A DNA stretch of 61,885 nucleotides, the filler included, from Chiloscyllium plagiosum (taxonomy: Eukaryota), in NCBI RefSeq assembly GCF_004010195.1. It is 3 parts of one record of this genome, joined end to end, with 100 filler letters (N's around TTAATTAATTAA, not from the genome) between each part and the next. Parts side by side here need not be neighbours in the genome. Positions count along the whole stretch, not along the records: positions 1 to 28,846 come from NC_057712.1; 2 more parts are not named here. One strand, 5' to 3'. A program made the position numbers and the translations under genes. The notes under the pieces are model-generated. The model searched no databases. It was not told the DNA's origin and saw only the letters and a program-made list of their open reading frames with translations. Position 1 is the first letter of the stretch. Each line of letters starts with the position of its first letter. This document shows positions 1 through 11,773 of this stretch, piece by piece.

Positions 1-540
1 GACGCACGGTCCCAGTAACAACCGGAGAGACGCACGGTCCCAGTAACAACCGGAGAGACGCACGGTCCCAGTAACAACCGGAGAGACACAGGGTCCCAGT
101 AACAACCGGAGAGACACAGGGTCCCAGTAACAACCGGAGAGACACAGGGTCCCAGTAACAACCGGAGAGACACAGGGTCCCAGTAACAACCGGAGAGACA
201 CAGGGTCCCAGTAACAACCGGAGAGACACAGGGTCCCAGTAACAACCGGAGAGACACACGGTCCCAGTAACAACCGGAGAGACACACGGTTCCAGTAACA
301 ACCGGAGGGACACACGGACACACGGTCCCAGTAACAACCGGAGGGACACACAGTCCCAGTAACAACCGGAGGGACACACAGTCCCAGTAACAACCGGAGG
401 GACACACGGTCCCAGTAACAACCGGAGGGACGCACGGTCCCAGTAACAACCGGAGAGACGCACGGTCCCAGTAACAACCGGAGAGACGCACGGTCCCAGT
501 AACAATCGGAGAGACACACGGTCCCACTAACAACTGGAGG
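1..540. repeat. 28-bp minisatellite, about 19 copies, truncated by the window start
   Basis: Unit gac(g/a)cacggtcccagtaacaaccggaga repeats head-to-tail with a period of 28. Degenerate remnants occur at about 561-577 and 1140-1203. Confidence 0.95.
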
Positions 541-589
541 AACATCAGGAGGAACTCCTGAAGTAACAACTGGAGCATCTGTCCCAGTG

Positions 590-1141
590 CAGGTGTTCCC
601 CGCTAACTGAAAGTAGAGCGTTCCTATGAGACCTTTAGTCAGCCGAAATGGCGTAAAGCAAAGAAACAATTATCATTAATTTATGTATGAATAAAGTATT
701 CAGCATTCCCAGACCCCAAACAATAATCTACCAAATCATACCAAATAACACACACAACCTAAAATAACACTAACATTTTGGAAAAGCAGGATGGTATAAT
801 AAATACACAGCCTATATAAATTAGAAATTATGTACATACAGTGTAGTTCCACTCACCAGAATTGGGAAGACAGTGAGCACACTGGAAACCTGAGAGGTGG
901 TGATGATAATGGTATGTTAGGCTGAGTCAGAGGTCAGGGTGGTGGGAGGTACAGGAGACTGGGTTGGAGGAGGGAGAGGAAGAGGGTCATCCAAATATAT
1001 TTCCGGGGAAAGTGCTTAGTGGTGCCACTCTCTATGCTTTTTCATAAAAGCAAAAATCCTCTGTTAGCGAAAACTAATGTAAGTCTTTCGTAAAAGCAAA
1101 TTGGCCTAAAGCAAATGTTCGAAAAGTTGGGGCGCGATCTA
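590..1141. mobile_element. Non-autonomous Tigger/pogo-like DNA transposon (MITE), degraded
   Basis: Begins caggtgttccccgct and ends gcaaatgttcgaaaagttggggcgcgatcta, which are imperfect TIRs of Tigger type. The interior is AT-rich and has no transposase ORF. Confidence 0.55.
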
Positions 1142-1219
1142 TAACAACCTGAGCAACTCCCAGAGTAACACATGGATAGACAGTTCCAATGACAACCGGA
1201 GCTATACCAGATCAATCAC

Positions 1220-1305
1220 AAACAGCAAATGCTGGCGATCACTGGATCAGGCAGCATCTGTGGAGAGACAGCAAGTTAATGTTTCAAGTCTAAATGACTT
1301 TTCAC
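1220..1305 (-). mobile_element. PLE-type terminal module fragment
   Basis: caaatgctgg...caggcagcatctgtggagaga...gttaatgtttc; similar to copies at 15089, 44860 and 51900. Confidence 0.5.
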
Positions 1306-2182
1306 ACCCGGAGTAATACCAACATTCATTAGTAGCTGGAGTATTTATGACCCTGTGCAGCTCTGCAACCAGATGAGCACCAAAAAGACACATCTGGATC
1401 AATATTGCAAATTACAATGCACATCCACAGTATTTACGAAGTGACTCTCCTGGATTAATAGCCGGCATAAATCTGCTTGGAGACCAGGCCTCTGCAGAGA
1501 TCTTCTCACAAACTTTGATCATCACTCTCTGTACTCATCCTGCCTGGAATAGTCATTGGTTGATGCATTTATTTAATTTATTTATTTATTATCTGATTTT
1601 ATTTATTGATCAATGCCTGAGCTGGAATGCATGAGTGTTTCGGATTGAGCAGAAGAATAAATCTGTAATAGAACCCTTCTGGGTGAATGAGGCCAGGATT
1701 ATGAGATTGCCTCCTATTTTTCAGGTGTCTGCTGGTCACACAGGTGATGAGACTGTATTGAGCCATACAGGACAAACTCTCTTCTGTGTAAAAAGTGACA
1801 GAAGTTATGTGTTAGAGTAGAATTACCGTATTTAAAGCATTTAACTGTGTTAGCATTACTCCTTACTGAGCAAGGCTTGCTTTTAATTGATAATTTTACT
1901 CATACAGCAATTTTCACATTGACAAAACTGTCACAGATAATCCACAGCGAATGATTTCCAGCTTCTTAAGCATTTGTGATTTTTAATAATTCCGCCAAAT
2001 ACCTTCAGTTGCTTGTGCTGTTTGATTCCTTCATGAAGCTATCTCTCCAGCTCTCTCTCCCTCCTTTAAGGATTGTATAACCTAATAACTTAGTGTTCAA
2101 TATTAAATTTACTTGATTAATTATTGTCATATGTACCTAAGTAGTGTGAAATGTTTTGTTTTCCATGCCTATTATAGAAAAG

Positions 2183-2660
2183 ACAAATTTGAAAGGGTTC
2201 GGAAAAGATTGACAAGGATGTTGCCCAGGTTGGAGGGTTTGAGCTATAGGGAGAGGCTGAATGGGCTGTGGCTATTTTCTCTAGAGCATTGGAGGTTGAG
2301 GAGTGACCTTATGGAAGTTTATAAAATCAAGAAGTGCATGGATAGGGTAAATAGACAAGGTCTTTTCCCCAACCTAGGGGAGTCCAAAACTAGAGGAAAT
2401 AGGATCCAGGTGAGGGGAAAGATTTAAAAGGGATCTAAGGGACAACTTTACCACACACAGATTGGTGCATGTATGTATGAACTGCCAGACGAAGTGGTGG
2501 AGGATTATACAATTATGACATATAAAGGCATCTGGAGTATATGAATAGGAAGCTTTTAAAGGGATATGAGCCAAATGCTAGCAAATGGAACTAGATTAAT
2601 AGAGGATATCTGGTTGGCATGGATAAGTTGGACCAAAGGGTCTGTTTCCATGCTCTGCAG
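2183..2660 (+). mobile_element. CR1-clade LINE 3' fragment (ORF2 C-terminus and 3' UTR)
   Basis: Translates to RLTRMLPRLEGLSYRERLNGLWLFSLEHWRLRSDLMEVYKI, the canonical CR1 ORF2 C-terminus. Confidence 0.9.
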
Positions 2661-2950
2661 CTCCAAGTACAAGCAGAAAATACATATGAAGTTCATAAGG
2701 TGATAGAACAGAATAAGGAATACAATGTTACAGCTGGAGAGAAGGAGCACAAAAAGTGAGATCAACATAAATTTGAAAGTTGAGAGGCCCATTCAGAAGT
2801 CTGATAATAGCGGGGAAGAAGCTATTCTTGAACGTGGTGGTACCTATTTTTAAGCTTTTGTATCTTCTGCCTGACCGAAGAGATTATAACCAGGGTGGAG
2901 CGGTCTTTGATGATGGCTGCCTTTCTGAAGCAGCAAGAAGTGTAAATGGT
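2660..2950 (-). mobile_element. Rex1/Babar-type LINE 3' fragment (its tail continues at about 2110-2180, split by the CR1)
   Basis: Similar to the Rex-like 3' ends at 27165-27570 and 58170-58520 (ccattcagaagtctgataa...gaagctattcttgaac). Confidence 0.6.
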
Positions 2951-3405
2951 GAAGATGATGCTCCTATTGAAGCACTTGTGATTTTTTTTAAACTATGAAA
3001 AGGTACTGTACAAATGCATATTGGAGTTGTTGTTGGAATGCAGTTCCTATTGTGACAGCCTTTTTCTTCCAGCAATATCATAAACCCAGGATTGTGTCAG
3101 ATAATACTTAGCTGATACTGGGAGCCTAATGTCAGCAGATAGTATTCAATAAGTTTTTAATGTTAACGTGAGGGCATTGTTTATTTGCAGCATAGATTCA
3201 AGTCGTCTGGTTCACACCAATGTTTCTGCTCCACACACGCTTCCTTGAACCCCTCTTCATCTCACGATATTAGATTATACTTTTAGTTACCTTTCCTTGT
3301 TTACATCATATTAATCACAACCATTCCCTGTAATAGTGAACCACATTTTCTCTGGGTAGAGGGGTTTTTCCTAAATTCCAAATTGGAATTATTGATAATC
3401 TTATA

Positions 3406-4225
3406 TGGATGTAGGTTTGCTCGCTGAGCTGAAAGTTTAGTTTTCAGATGTTTCATCGCTGTCATGGGTAACATCTTCAGTGAGCCTCTGGATAATTCTT
3501 GTGTGTGTCTTTGTTTGGCTTGTCTGAGGATGGATGTGTTGTCCCACTCAAAGTGGTGTCCTTCTCATTCGTATGTGAGGATACTAGTGAGAGAGGGTCA
3601 TGTTGTTTTGTGGCTAGTTGATGTTCATGTATCCTGGGAGCTAGTTTTCTGCCTGTTTGTCCAATGTAGTGTTTGTTACAGTTCTTGCAAGGTATTTTGT
3701 AAATGACATTAGTTTTGCTTGTTGCCTGTATAGGGTCTTTCCAGTTCATTAGCTGCTGTTTTAGTGTGTTGGTGGGCTACCATGATGCCAAGGGGTCTGA
3801 GTAGTCTGGCAGTCATTTCCAAGATGTCTTTGATGTAAGGGAGAGTGGCTAGGGTTTCTGGACATGTTTTGTCTGCTTGTTGGGGTTTGTTGCTGAGAAA
3901 TTGGCAGACTGTGTTCATTGGGTAGCCTTTCTTTTTGAATACATGGTATAGGTGATTTTCCTGTGCTCTGTGTTGTAGTTCCTTTGCGCTGCAGTGTGTA
4001 TTAGCTCATTGAAATAATGTTCTGATGCAGCTTAGTTTGTGGGTGTTGGGATGATTGCTTCTGTAGTTCAATATTTAGTCCATATGTGTTGTTTTCCTGT
4101 TGACGCTGGTTTGAAGTTCCTCATTGGCTGTTCACTCTACTATGACATCTAAGAATGGCAATTTGTTGTTGTTTACCTCCACTTTAGTGAATTTTATACC
4201 AGTAAGGGTATTATTGATGGTGGAT
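3406..4225 (-). mobile_element. Penelope-like element fragment (RT C-terminus, GIY-YIG and terminal repeat), family C
   Basis: The minus strand encodes ATLPYIKDILEMTARLLRPLGI and KTNVIYKIPCKNCNKHYIGQTGRKLAPRIHEH (GIY-YIG), with frameshifts. Confidence 0.9.
3444..3483 (-). ncRNA. Minimal hammerhead ribozyme motif (PLE family C), degenerate
   Basis: Minus strand: uca CUGAAGA u guuacccaugacagcgau GAAA ca UC uga. Stem I is uca/uga; stem II is weak and stem III is mutated. Confidence 0.55.
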
Positions 4226-4254
4226 TGATAATGTCATTTACAAAATACCTTGCA

Positions 4255-4450
4255 AAAACTTGGAGTTTGCACATTCTCCGTATCTGCGTGGGTTTCCTCC
4301 CACAGTCCGAAGATGTGCAGGTTAGGTGAATTTGCCATGCTAAATTGCCCATAGTGTTAGGTGCATTAGTCAGGGGTAAATGTAGGGGATTGGGTCTGGG
4401 TGGACTTGTTGAGCTGAAGGGCCCGTTTCCACACTGTAGATATTTTAATC
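4255..4450 (+). mobile_element. HE1-type V-SINE, 5'-truncated
   Basis: V-domain tggagtttgcacattctcc...tgcgtgggtttcctcc, followed by the tail gggcccgtttccacactgta. Confidence 0.85.
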
Positions 4451-4499
4451 TAAAAAACTGTAATAAACACATTGGACAAACAGGCAGAACACTAGCCCC

Positions 4500-5600
4500 G
4501 TAAAAGTGTTATACTTGACTTCCAATTCCTCTGCCACATCTGCTCCCAAGAAGAGCAATTCCACTCTAGGCGAACCCAGGTGGCCTCCTACTTCAAGGAC
4601 CGCAATTTCCCCTCCCATGTAGTCAATGATGCTCTCCAATGCATCTCCTCCACTTCCCACCCCTCCAACTGAAACAAGGACAGAATTCCCCCTTGTTCTC
4701 ATCTTCCACCCCACCAATCTCTAGATACACTGCAACATCCTCCACAATTTCGACCACCAACAAACCACACTACGAGAGATATATTTCCCTCCCCATCCGT
4801 GTCAGCATTCTGCAGAGTCCATTCCCTCCACAACACTCTTGTTAGGTCCACACCTCCCACCCTCTACTCCCAGCACCTTCCCTTGCCACTGCAAGAGGTG
4901 TAAAACCTGCACCGAAACCTCCGTCCAAGGCCCCATAGGATCCTTCCACATCTGGCAGAGATTTTCCTGCACATCCAATACCTCATCTACTGTGGGCGGC
5001 ACTGTGGCACAGTAGTTAGCATTGCTGTCTCACAGCGCCAGAGACCCGGGTTCAATTCCCACCTCAGGTGACTGTGTGGAGTTTGGACATTCTCCCCATG
5101 TCTGCGTGGGTTACCTCCGGGTGCTCTGGTTTCCTCCCACAGTCCAAAAATGTGCAGGTTAGGTGAAATGCCCATAGTGTTAGGTAAGGGGTAAATGTAG
5201 GGGTATGGGTGGGTTGCGCTTCGGCGGGTCGGTGTGGACTTGTTGGGCCGAAGGGCCTGTTTCCACACTGTAAGTAATCTAATCTAATCTACTGTGTGCG
5301 TTGCTCTTGATGCAATCTCCTCTCTATCAAGGAGACAGGATACCAACTTGAGGAACGTTTCAGAGAACATTTCTGGGACACGACCAAACAACCACCTCCC
5401 TGTGGCCGACCGTTTTAGCTCCCCTCCCATTCCACCAAGGACATGCAAGCCCTGGCCCCCTCTACCTCCTAATCCTAGGCACTCGACGTCTGAAGGAACA
5501 CCTCATGTCCCACCTTGGGACCCTCCAACCACCTGGCATCGACATCGATTTCACCATTTTCTCAACTTCCACCACCCCCAACCATCTTCCAAGCCTCCGT
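4500..5600 (+). mobile_element. Penelope-like element fragment, family A (degraded GIY-YIG region), interrupted by a SINE
   Basis: Homologous to 30520-31180, 55083-55555 and 59365-59793. It has a cysteine-rich linker (tgcaagaggtgtaaaacctgc) and a degraded YIGET region. Confidence 0.7.
4995..5286 (+). mobile_element. HE1-type V-SINE, full length, with a 10-bp TSD
   Basis: tRNA-derived head with A and B boxes (tggcacagtagttagc; ggttcaattcc), V-domain and (ctaat)n tail. TSD atctactgtg at 4985-4994 and 5287-5296. Confidence 0.9.
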
Positions 5601-6139
5601 AAATGTGCCAGTTTCAGAAACTTTAGAATGCTCAGGAATTGATCTAAGAGGGTACATTGTGCAGGAGGGGCTCCGCCTCCTATTGTTCCTGCAGGGATTG
5701 AGGGGGGGCTCTCAGGTCCCCCACTCCCAATCTTTGCTGGAAGTTTGCCAATTGGAGGGACTCTCCAACCATACTCCAATGGAGGGGTCTCATTCTCCCC
5801 CCCTCGCCCCACAATTCAATAGTGGGGGCTCTCACTTCCTCTCCCCACCCGTCCTATAAGAGGGCTCTCACCTCCTCCCACAAAATAGATCTGAAAACTT
5901 CAAACAATTTTTCTTTCTATCTTTATGTATTTTTGATTTGGACATTTTCTGCAAATATCTAAGAGACAAAAGTGAAAATTTGAAGGAAGAAAAGTAAATT
6001 TGATATTTAGCCACCTGTAATGTAACAAATTCAAGTGTTTGACCAAAACATTATCTAAAAGTTTCAACTCAGAGCAACCCACAGTATCACACGCCAATCG
6101 TACTTATAACTCCTGACAATAAAAGGAGTCAGGGTGCTG

Positions 6140-6480
6140 ACTGTGCAGAGAAGGGGCTAGACTGAAGGATAAGAGAAAGGTGCTGGGGGGGGCTGAGGGA
6201 TCAAAGTGAGTGAGAGGCAACTGAGGGAGCAAAGGGAAAGAGAGAGAAGTGGGGCTGAGGGAAGAGAGGCAGAGAGATGGGGGCTGAGGGAGGACAGAGA
6301 AGTAGAGATGTGTGCTGAGGAACCGGAGAGAGAAGGTTTGCTGAAGCAGCTGAGAGACAGACAGGGGAGCTGAGGGACACAGTAGGCTGGGTGAGAGACC
6401 AGAAGTTGAGAGTAAAGGGGGAGGGGATGAAGGAGAAGGAAATGGGAGGAGCAAAATGTAAAGCTGAGGAGGGGTGTGCA
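6140..6480. repeat. GA-rich low-complexity degenerate tandem repeat
   Basis: Recurrent gggctgagggag...gagaga units. Confidence 0.7.
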
Positions 6481-6984
6481 GCCAGAAAGTTACATTTGTA
6501 GATAACATTTTGAATTTTATTATGAAACCTGCAATTCCCACAATGCTAACCTCAGATTCTTCTCTTTGCAATATCAATCGAAAAAAAATTAATAAAAACT
6601 CACTCGATATTAAGTAGATTTGTTTCAGGCATCCAGTGCTGACACACAGCTTTGTACAGTAAACATCAGGCAAATCAACTTATACTTGGTGTATCCAACA
6701 AACAGAATTTAAAATTATAAAGAGCAGTCAAATTTATTCAGAATTACTGTAAAGCTCCAAGTGGAACGTGTTGAAGATACGTTTCAGAGAAGGACAAGGT
6801 TCAGAACTCAGGAAAACCTGCAATGATTCTTCAGTTTGGGTCCAAATCCAGGAATATCTGAACCGCTGCAACTCAAAATGGTTGTCAAAATTCAGCAATG
6901 CTTGCCATTGTTGTGGGTATGTTTGCTAAACTGGGAAGTTGATTAGCAATGCTTCTTTCAATCCACCTATATTCAACCTTTTTT

Positions 6985-7890
6985 TCAAAAATCATTAATT
7001 CAAGGGATGTTGGTATTGCTGCCTGGCCCAACATTTATTGCCAATCCCTATAGCAGTGGTGGTGAACCACCTTCTGAACTACTGCAATTGTTGTGTCCAG
7101 AGACACCCACAATTCTGTTAGGGAGGGAATTCCAAGCTCTTGACTTGGTGACACTGAAGGAATGGCAATATAGTTACAAGTCAGAATAGTGAGTGGTTTG
7201 GAAGGAAACTTGCAGGGGGTAGTGTTCCCATCTGCTGCCCTTGTCGTTCAAGGTGGACATGGTCATGAGTTTGGTAGGGACTGTCCAAGGATCTTTGGTG
7301 AATTTCTGCAGTATATCTGGTAGATAGTACACACTGCTGCTACTGAGCCGTGGTGGTGGACGAAGTGCCAATCAAGTGGGAATCCTGTCCTGGGTGGTGT
7401 CAAGATGCTTGAGTGTTGCTGGAGATGCACCATCCAGGCAAGTCGGGAATATTCCATAACACTCCTGATTTGTGCCTTGCAGATGGTGGATGAACTTTGG
7501 GGGGGTCAAGAGGTGAGTTATTTGCTGCAGCCCAATCTCTGACCTACTTTTGTAGCCACAGTATTTATATGGCTGGTCCAATTCAGCTTTTGGAGAATAG
7601 TAACTACACACCTCGATGTTGATAATGTGAGATTCAGTGATGATAATATCATTAAATCTCAAATGGTGATGGTTAGATTCTCTCTTGTTGGAGATGGCTA
7701 TTGCGTGGTATGTGTGTGGCACAAATGTTACTTGCCATTAGCAGCCCAACCCAGGATAATGTCCAGGTCATGCTGCATTTGAATATAGACTGCATCAGTA
7801 CCTGAGTCATCACAAATCGTCCCCAATGTTGTTAAAGGGGATTGCACATCTTCACTTTGATTTATGATGTAGTGCAAGTCATTGATAAAG
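6985..7890 (-). mobile_element. Old CR1/L2-group LINE 3' part
   Basis: Degraded MEYS(P)LAWM...LKHLDTTQD ORF2 motif and a 3' tail (gggatgttggtattgctgcctggcccaacatttattgcc) shared with other copies in the window. Confidence 0.7.
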
Positions 7891-8339
7891 CTGTTTGAGT
7901 ATCAAGAAACAGATCTGAGCTAAAGAAAGAAACCAGAAATAGATTCATGAATTGAGTAAACTATTGAACAAGGAAGGTTGCAGCAATTATTAAATGAACA
8001 AGATAACAGGCCATGGTCAATGAACATGGGAGATCAGAAACACCGAGGGAAAAGACTGTGAGAGACTGAGTGTTTGCCACATACGAGAGAGAGAATGAGT
8101 GAGTTTGCAATGACAGAGAAACGAGTTAGCTTACCCTCAGCGAAGGAAAGATTGAGCTTACAGTGAGTGACAGGAGTGTGAGTGTGTGTGAGTGACAGAA
8201 TGAGTGTGTGTGTGTGTGAGTGACAGAATGAATGTGAGATTACTTTGATTAGATTACTTACAGTGTAGAAACAGGCCCTTCGGCCCAAGACAGAATGAGT
8301 GTGTGTGTGTGAGTGACAGAATGAATGTGAGATTACTTT

Positions 8340-8632
8340 GATTAGATTACTTACTTACAGTGTAGAAACAGGCCCTTCGGCCCAACAAGTCCACACCGAC
8401 TCACCGAAGCGCAACCAACCCAGACCAATTCCCCTACATTTACCCCTTCACCTAACACTACGGACAATTTAGCATGGCCAGTTCACCTAACCTGCACATT
8501 TTTGCACTGCGGGAGGAAACCCACGCAGACACGGGAAGAACGTGCAAGCTCCTCACAGACAGTCGCCTGAGGCGGGAATTGAACCCGGGTCTCTGGCGCT
8601 GTGAGGCAGCAGTGCTTGCCACCGTGCCGCCT
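8340..8632 (-). mobile_element. HE1-type V-SINE
   Basis: Reverse complement of the 4995-5286 element. Its tail and flank are duplicated at about 8195-8288. Confidence 0.9.
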
Positions 8633-8869
8633 GTGTGAGAGAGAGAGAGAGAGAGAAACATGCTCACAGCAAGAGAATGGACTGACAGTGAGAGAAAGGG
8701 ACAATCCGCTAAGTGTGTTTGCAGCGAGGGGGCTGGGCAGCTGACAGCCACCAGTATGTCGCTGTCTCAAAGGTGTCTGAACTTCACTCCTCAGCTCGGA
8801 TTAGAATACAAACATCAGAGGGCTAACAATGGAAAAGCTCAAGATGTTCTATCTAACTTAGAGCACTAA

Positions 8870-9556
8870 GTCTTCCACAAATGATCCGACAATAAACAAC
8901 CAGAATTCCAAGTCTCTTTTAGTACTAAGGCCAAGTGGGACTCACCAAATCCCATCCTGTTTATTTCAGAACGGCCTTTGTAGAAATCAGAAACTGACTT
9001 ATTTAAATCCTATAATCTAAAGTTTCAACACTTTTGTCTGTACAATTGACTCCTACTCATCCCATTCCTCCCTTCACCCTATATAGAATGTTAAAAATGC
9101 TTAAGAAACGCAACAAATTGAATCTGTAAATCTCAGCACCCACAGTAACATGGGCAGTACAAACACCAAGAATCTAGCATAAGCCAGGCTACACACATGA
9201 TCGGTATCCTGCCTGGCAGCTTCCTTATTGGTCCCGAGTTGATTTATTTGTCCATGTTGTTAATAAATTAGGTATATACACATGGGTTAACATGCTTTTT
9301 CACTCGCACTCAGCCAGTCCCTGTGTGCTCAACACTGGCTACTTCCTTCAGTCAGGCGCCACACACTGCTTTTAGCTGAGTGAATGATCAGCAATGGAAT
9401 GTGCTTGTTAGGGTCTCTCCCATTGGGTTCATTCATCAAATCAAATCACAGCACAATTTTCAAATCTGGTGAGGTAAGGAAATTTGAACATGTGGGCCAG
9501 TAGCTGGAAGAACTCTGTGCCAAAACTATACTCTTTAAGAGCCCAGATTCAAAGGT
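8870..9556 (-). other. Probable 3' UTR of the BRD3-like gene (extent uncertain)
   Basis: Unique, repeat-free sequence directly after the stop codon, with minus-strand AATAAA hexamers near 9245 and 8960. Confidence 0.5.
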
Positions 9557-9684
9557 CTATTCAGATTCACTGCTGTCTGAGGAGCTGGAGACACTGGAGC
9601 TGGTGCTGCCCGAGTCAGAAGACGAACTGCTGCTGCCACTGAGACGGGAGGGACCCCTTCCCTGCCTGAGGTTTGTCTTCTCCC
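9557..9684 (-). CDS. brd3: Terminal coding exon of a BET-family bromodomain protein (BRD3-like SEED-type C-terminus)
   Basis: Acceptor tttttttctctaaaacttacag with AG at 9685-9686, phase 1. Encodes xEKTNLRQGRGPSRLSGSSSSSSDSGSTSSSVSSSSDSSESE then TAG at 9557-9559. This closely resembles the vertebrate BRD3 C-terminus as I recall it (EKPGSAPSGGPSRLSSSSSSESGSSSSSGSSSDSSDSE). Absent from the ORF track. Confidence 0.85.
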
Positions 9685-10987
9685 CTGTAAGTTTTAGAGA
9701 AAAAAAAACCAATAGTTAGAGTAAAACTCATGAAGAGGATTTGACTTTAACTTAAGGATTTCTGTGTCACTGTCAATGTCAGCCCATCCCCGGCTGCTCT
9801 TAGTCACCCTGTCCTTCAACCCATATGATGAAGGGGATGTGCTGAAGCAGAAATATTAAAAGTTCCTGGATTTTTACCTAATGACGTACAACACAAAACA
9901 AGTTAATTCAGTCCACCGTGCCACTGCAGGCTCTGTGAAACAGTTAGAAACTCATTTGAGATTGTCCCCTAACCTGCCAATGATCAAATGTCCTTTTGAA
10001 GGTCCCGTTTCACTGCCCTTTCAGGTAGTGCATTCCAAATTATAGAAAAAATTCTTGTCATCTCCACTCTTTAGTTCTTTTGTCAATGACCTTAAATCTG
10101 TTTTTTCAGATTATCAACCTTCTAACACCACAACTTCTGAAATTAAGGTCTTAAATCTAAACTCGGGAAACTGTGAAGGTGGGAAGGGCAGGTTGGCTAT
10201 GGTCGATCGGGAAAATACATGAAATGATTCAATGATATACAGACAGTGGCTACGATCTGAATGGTCTATACTAGACATATATCTTTTGAATGCACAAATA
10301 CCCATTGAGAAAGGTGCTTCAACCTTATTTAACAAAAGTTAAAACTTGCACAAGATCAAAAGAAATGGCTCATAGGAATCATAAAGTCATAAGCTCATAA
10401 AGCATAAAAATATGCCATTTAGCCCCCTCATCAATGCCAAGAACAAACCACACTCATCCCATTTGCCGACATCCCTTGGGTGAAAATTTAGCTTCTCAGA
10501 GTCTCAACCACCTGCTCCTCACCTTAAACCTATGTTCTCTGCTCTTAAACATGTCTGCCATGCGGAAGACAATGTACCTTACCTATCCCTCATAATTTGT
10601 TTACCTCAATTAGGTCCCTCTTCTACTTCAAGGAAAACAAATTCAGCAAATCCAGTCTGAGACTTTGCATCCCAGGTTAAATCCTGGTGAATCTCCTCTG
10701 TATCCTCAGCAATGTAATCACATCCTTCCAATAGTGCAGCTATCAGCACTGCACACAATATTCCATGTGTAGCCTATTCAATGTTTTATAAAGTTGTGAT
10801 TGATTTCCTTGCACCTATATTCCAAGCTGTGGCTAATGAAGGCAATCAACCTGTATGTCTTCCTCATCATCCTATCTACCTGTACTGAAGACCTTCATGG
10901 ATCCATGGACTTGGACACTCCGATCCCTTTGTTCCTCAGTGCTCCTTACACACTAATCATTCAGTGTGTATTTGCTTTCTTTCATAT

Positions 10988-11150
10988 GATGTGGAGATGC
11001 CAATGTTGGACTGGGGTGTACAAAGTTAAAAATCACACAACCCCAGGTTATAGTCCAACAGGTGTAATTGGAAGTACAAGTTTCTGGAGTGCTGCTCCTC
11101 TGTCAGGGAGCTAGTCCCTCATAATGAAGGAGCAGCACTCTGAAAGTTTG
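10988..11150. mobile_element. PLE family B terminal module with a partial inverted copy, degenerate
   Basis: gttggactggggtgtacaaagttaaaaatcacacaac...tatagtccaacagg matches 53885-54095; the inverted remnant is gaaggagcagcactctgaaag. Confidence 0.7.
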
Positions 11151-11273
11151 GACTTACCTGCAAGTAGCTGCTCCCAGTCTATGTTTGCCAGATCCTGTCC
11201 AATGATATTGAAATCAACTTTCCCCAAATTCAGACACTTCCCTTTTCCCTTTCCATAAGGATTTTGAAACTTA

Positions 11274-11773
11274 NNNNNNNNNNNNNNNNNNNNNNNNNNN
11301 NNNNNNNNNNNNNNNNNNNNNNNNNNNNNNNNNNNNNNNNNNNNNNNNNNNNNNNNNNNNNNNNNNNNNNNNNNNNNNNNNNNNNNNNNNNNNNNNNNNN
11401 NNNNNNNNNNNNNNNNNNNNNNNNNNNNNNNNNNNNNNNNNNNNNNNNNNNNNNNNNNNNNNNNNNNNNNNNNNNNNNNNNNNNNNNNNNNNNNNNNNNN
11501 NNNNNNNNNNNNNNNNNNNNNNNNNNNNNNNNNNNNNNNNNNNNNNNNNNNNNNNNNNNNNNNNNNNNNNNNNNNNNNNNNNNNNNNNNNNNNNNNNNNN
11601 NNNNNNNNNNNNNNNNNNNNNNNNNNNNNNNNNNNNNNNNNNNNNNNNNNNNNNNNNNNNNNNNNNNNNNNNNNNNNNNNNNNNNNNNNNNNNNNNNNNN
11701 NNNNNNNNNNNNNNNNNNNNNNNNNNNNNNNNNNNNNNNNNNNNNNNNNNNNNNNNNNNNNNNNNNNNNNNNN
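11274..11773. other. Assembly gap (500 N)
   Basis: A run of exactly 500 N, probably a nominal scaffold join. Confidence 0.99.

Noticed and set aside
1..540. CRISPR-like regular 28-bp repeats
   Set aside because: The units are contiguous with no unique spacers, there are no cas genes, and the context is vertebrate.
4995..5070. tRNA-like sequences with A and B boxes (also in the other SINE heads)
   Set aside because: They continue directly into SINE bodies and tails, so they are not tRNA genes.
6104..6673. 189-aa minus-strand ORF
   Set aside because: It derives from a GA-rich low-complexity tract.
1..9500. BRD3OS-type small ORF expected antisense downstream of BRD3
   Set aside because: I found no RYRDTSLLIWQQQ-like coding sequence by eye; tBLASTn would settle it.
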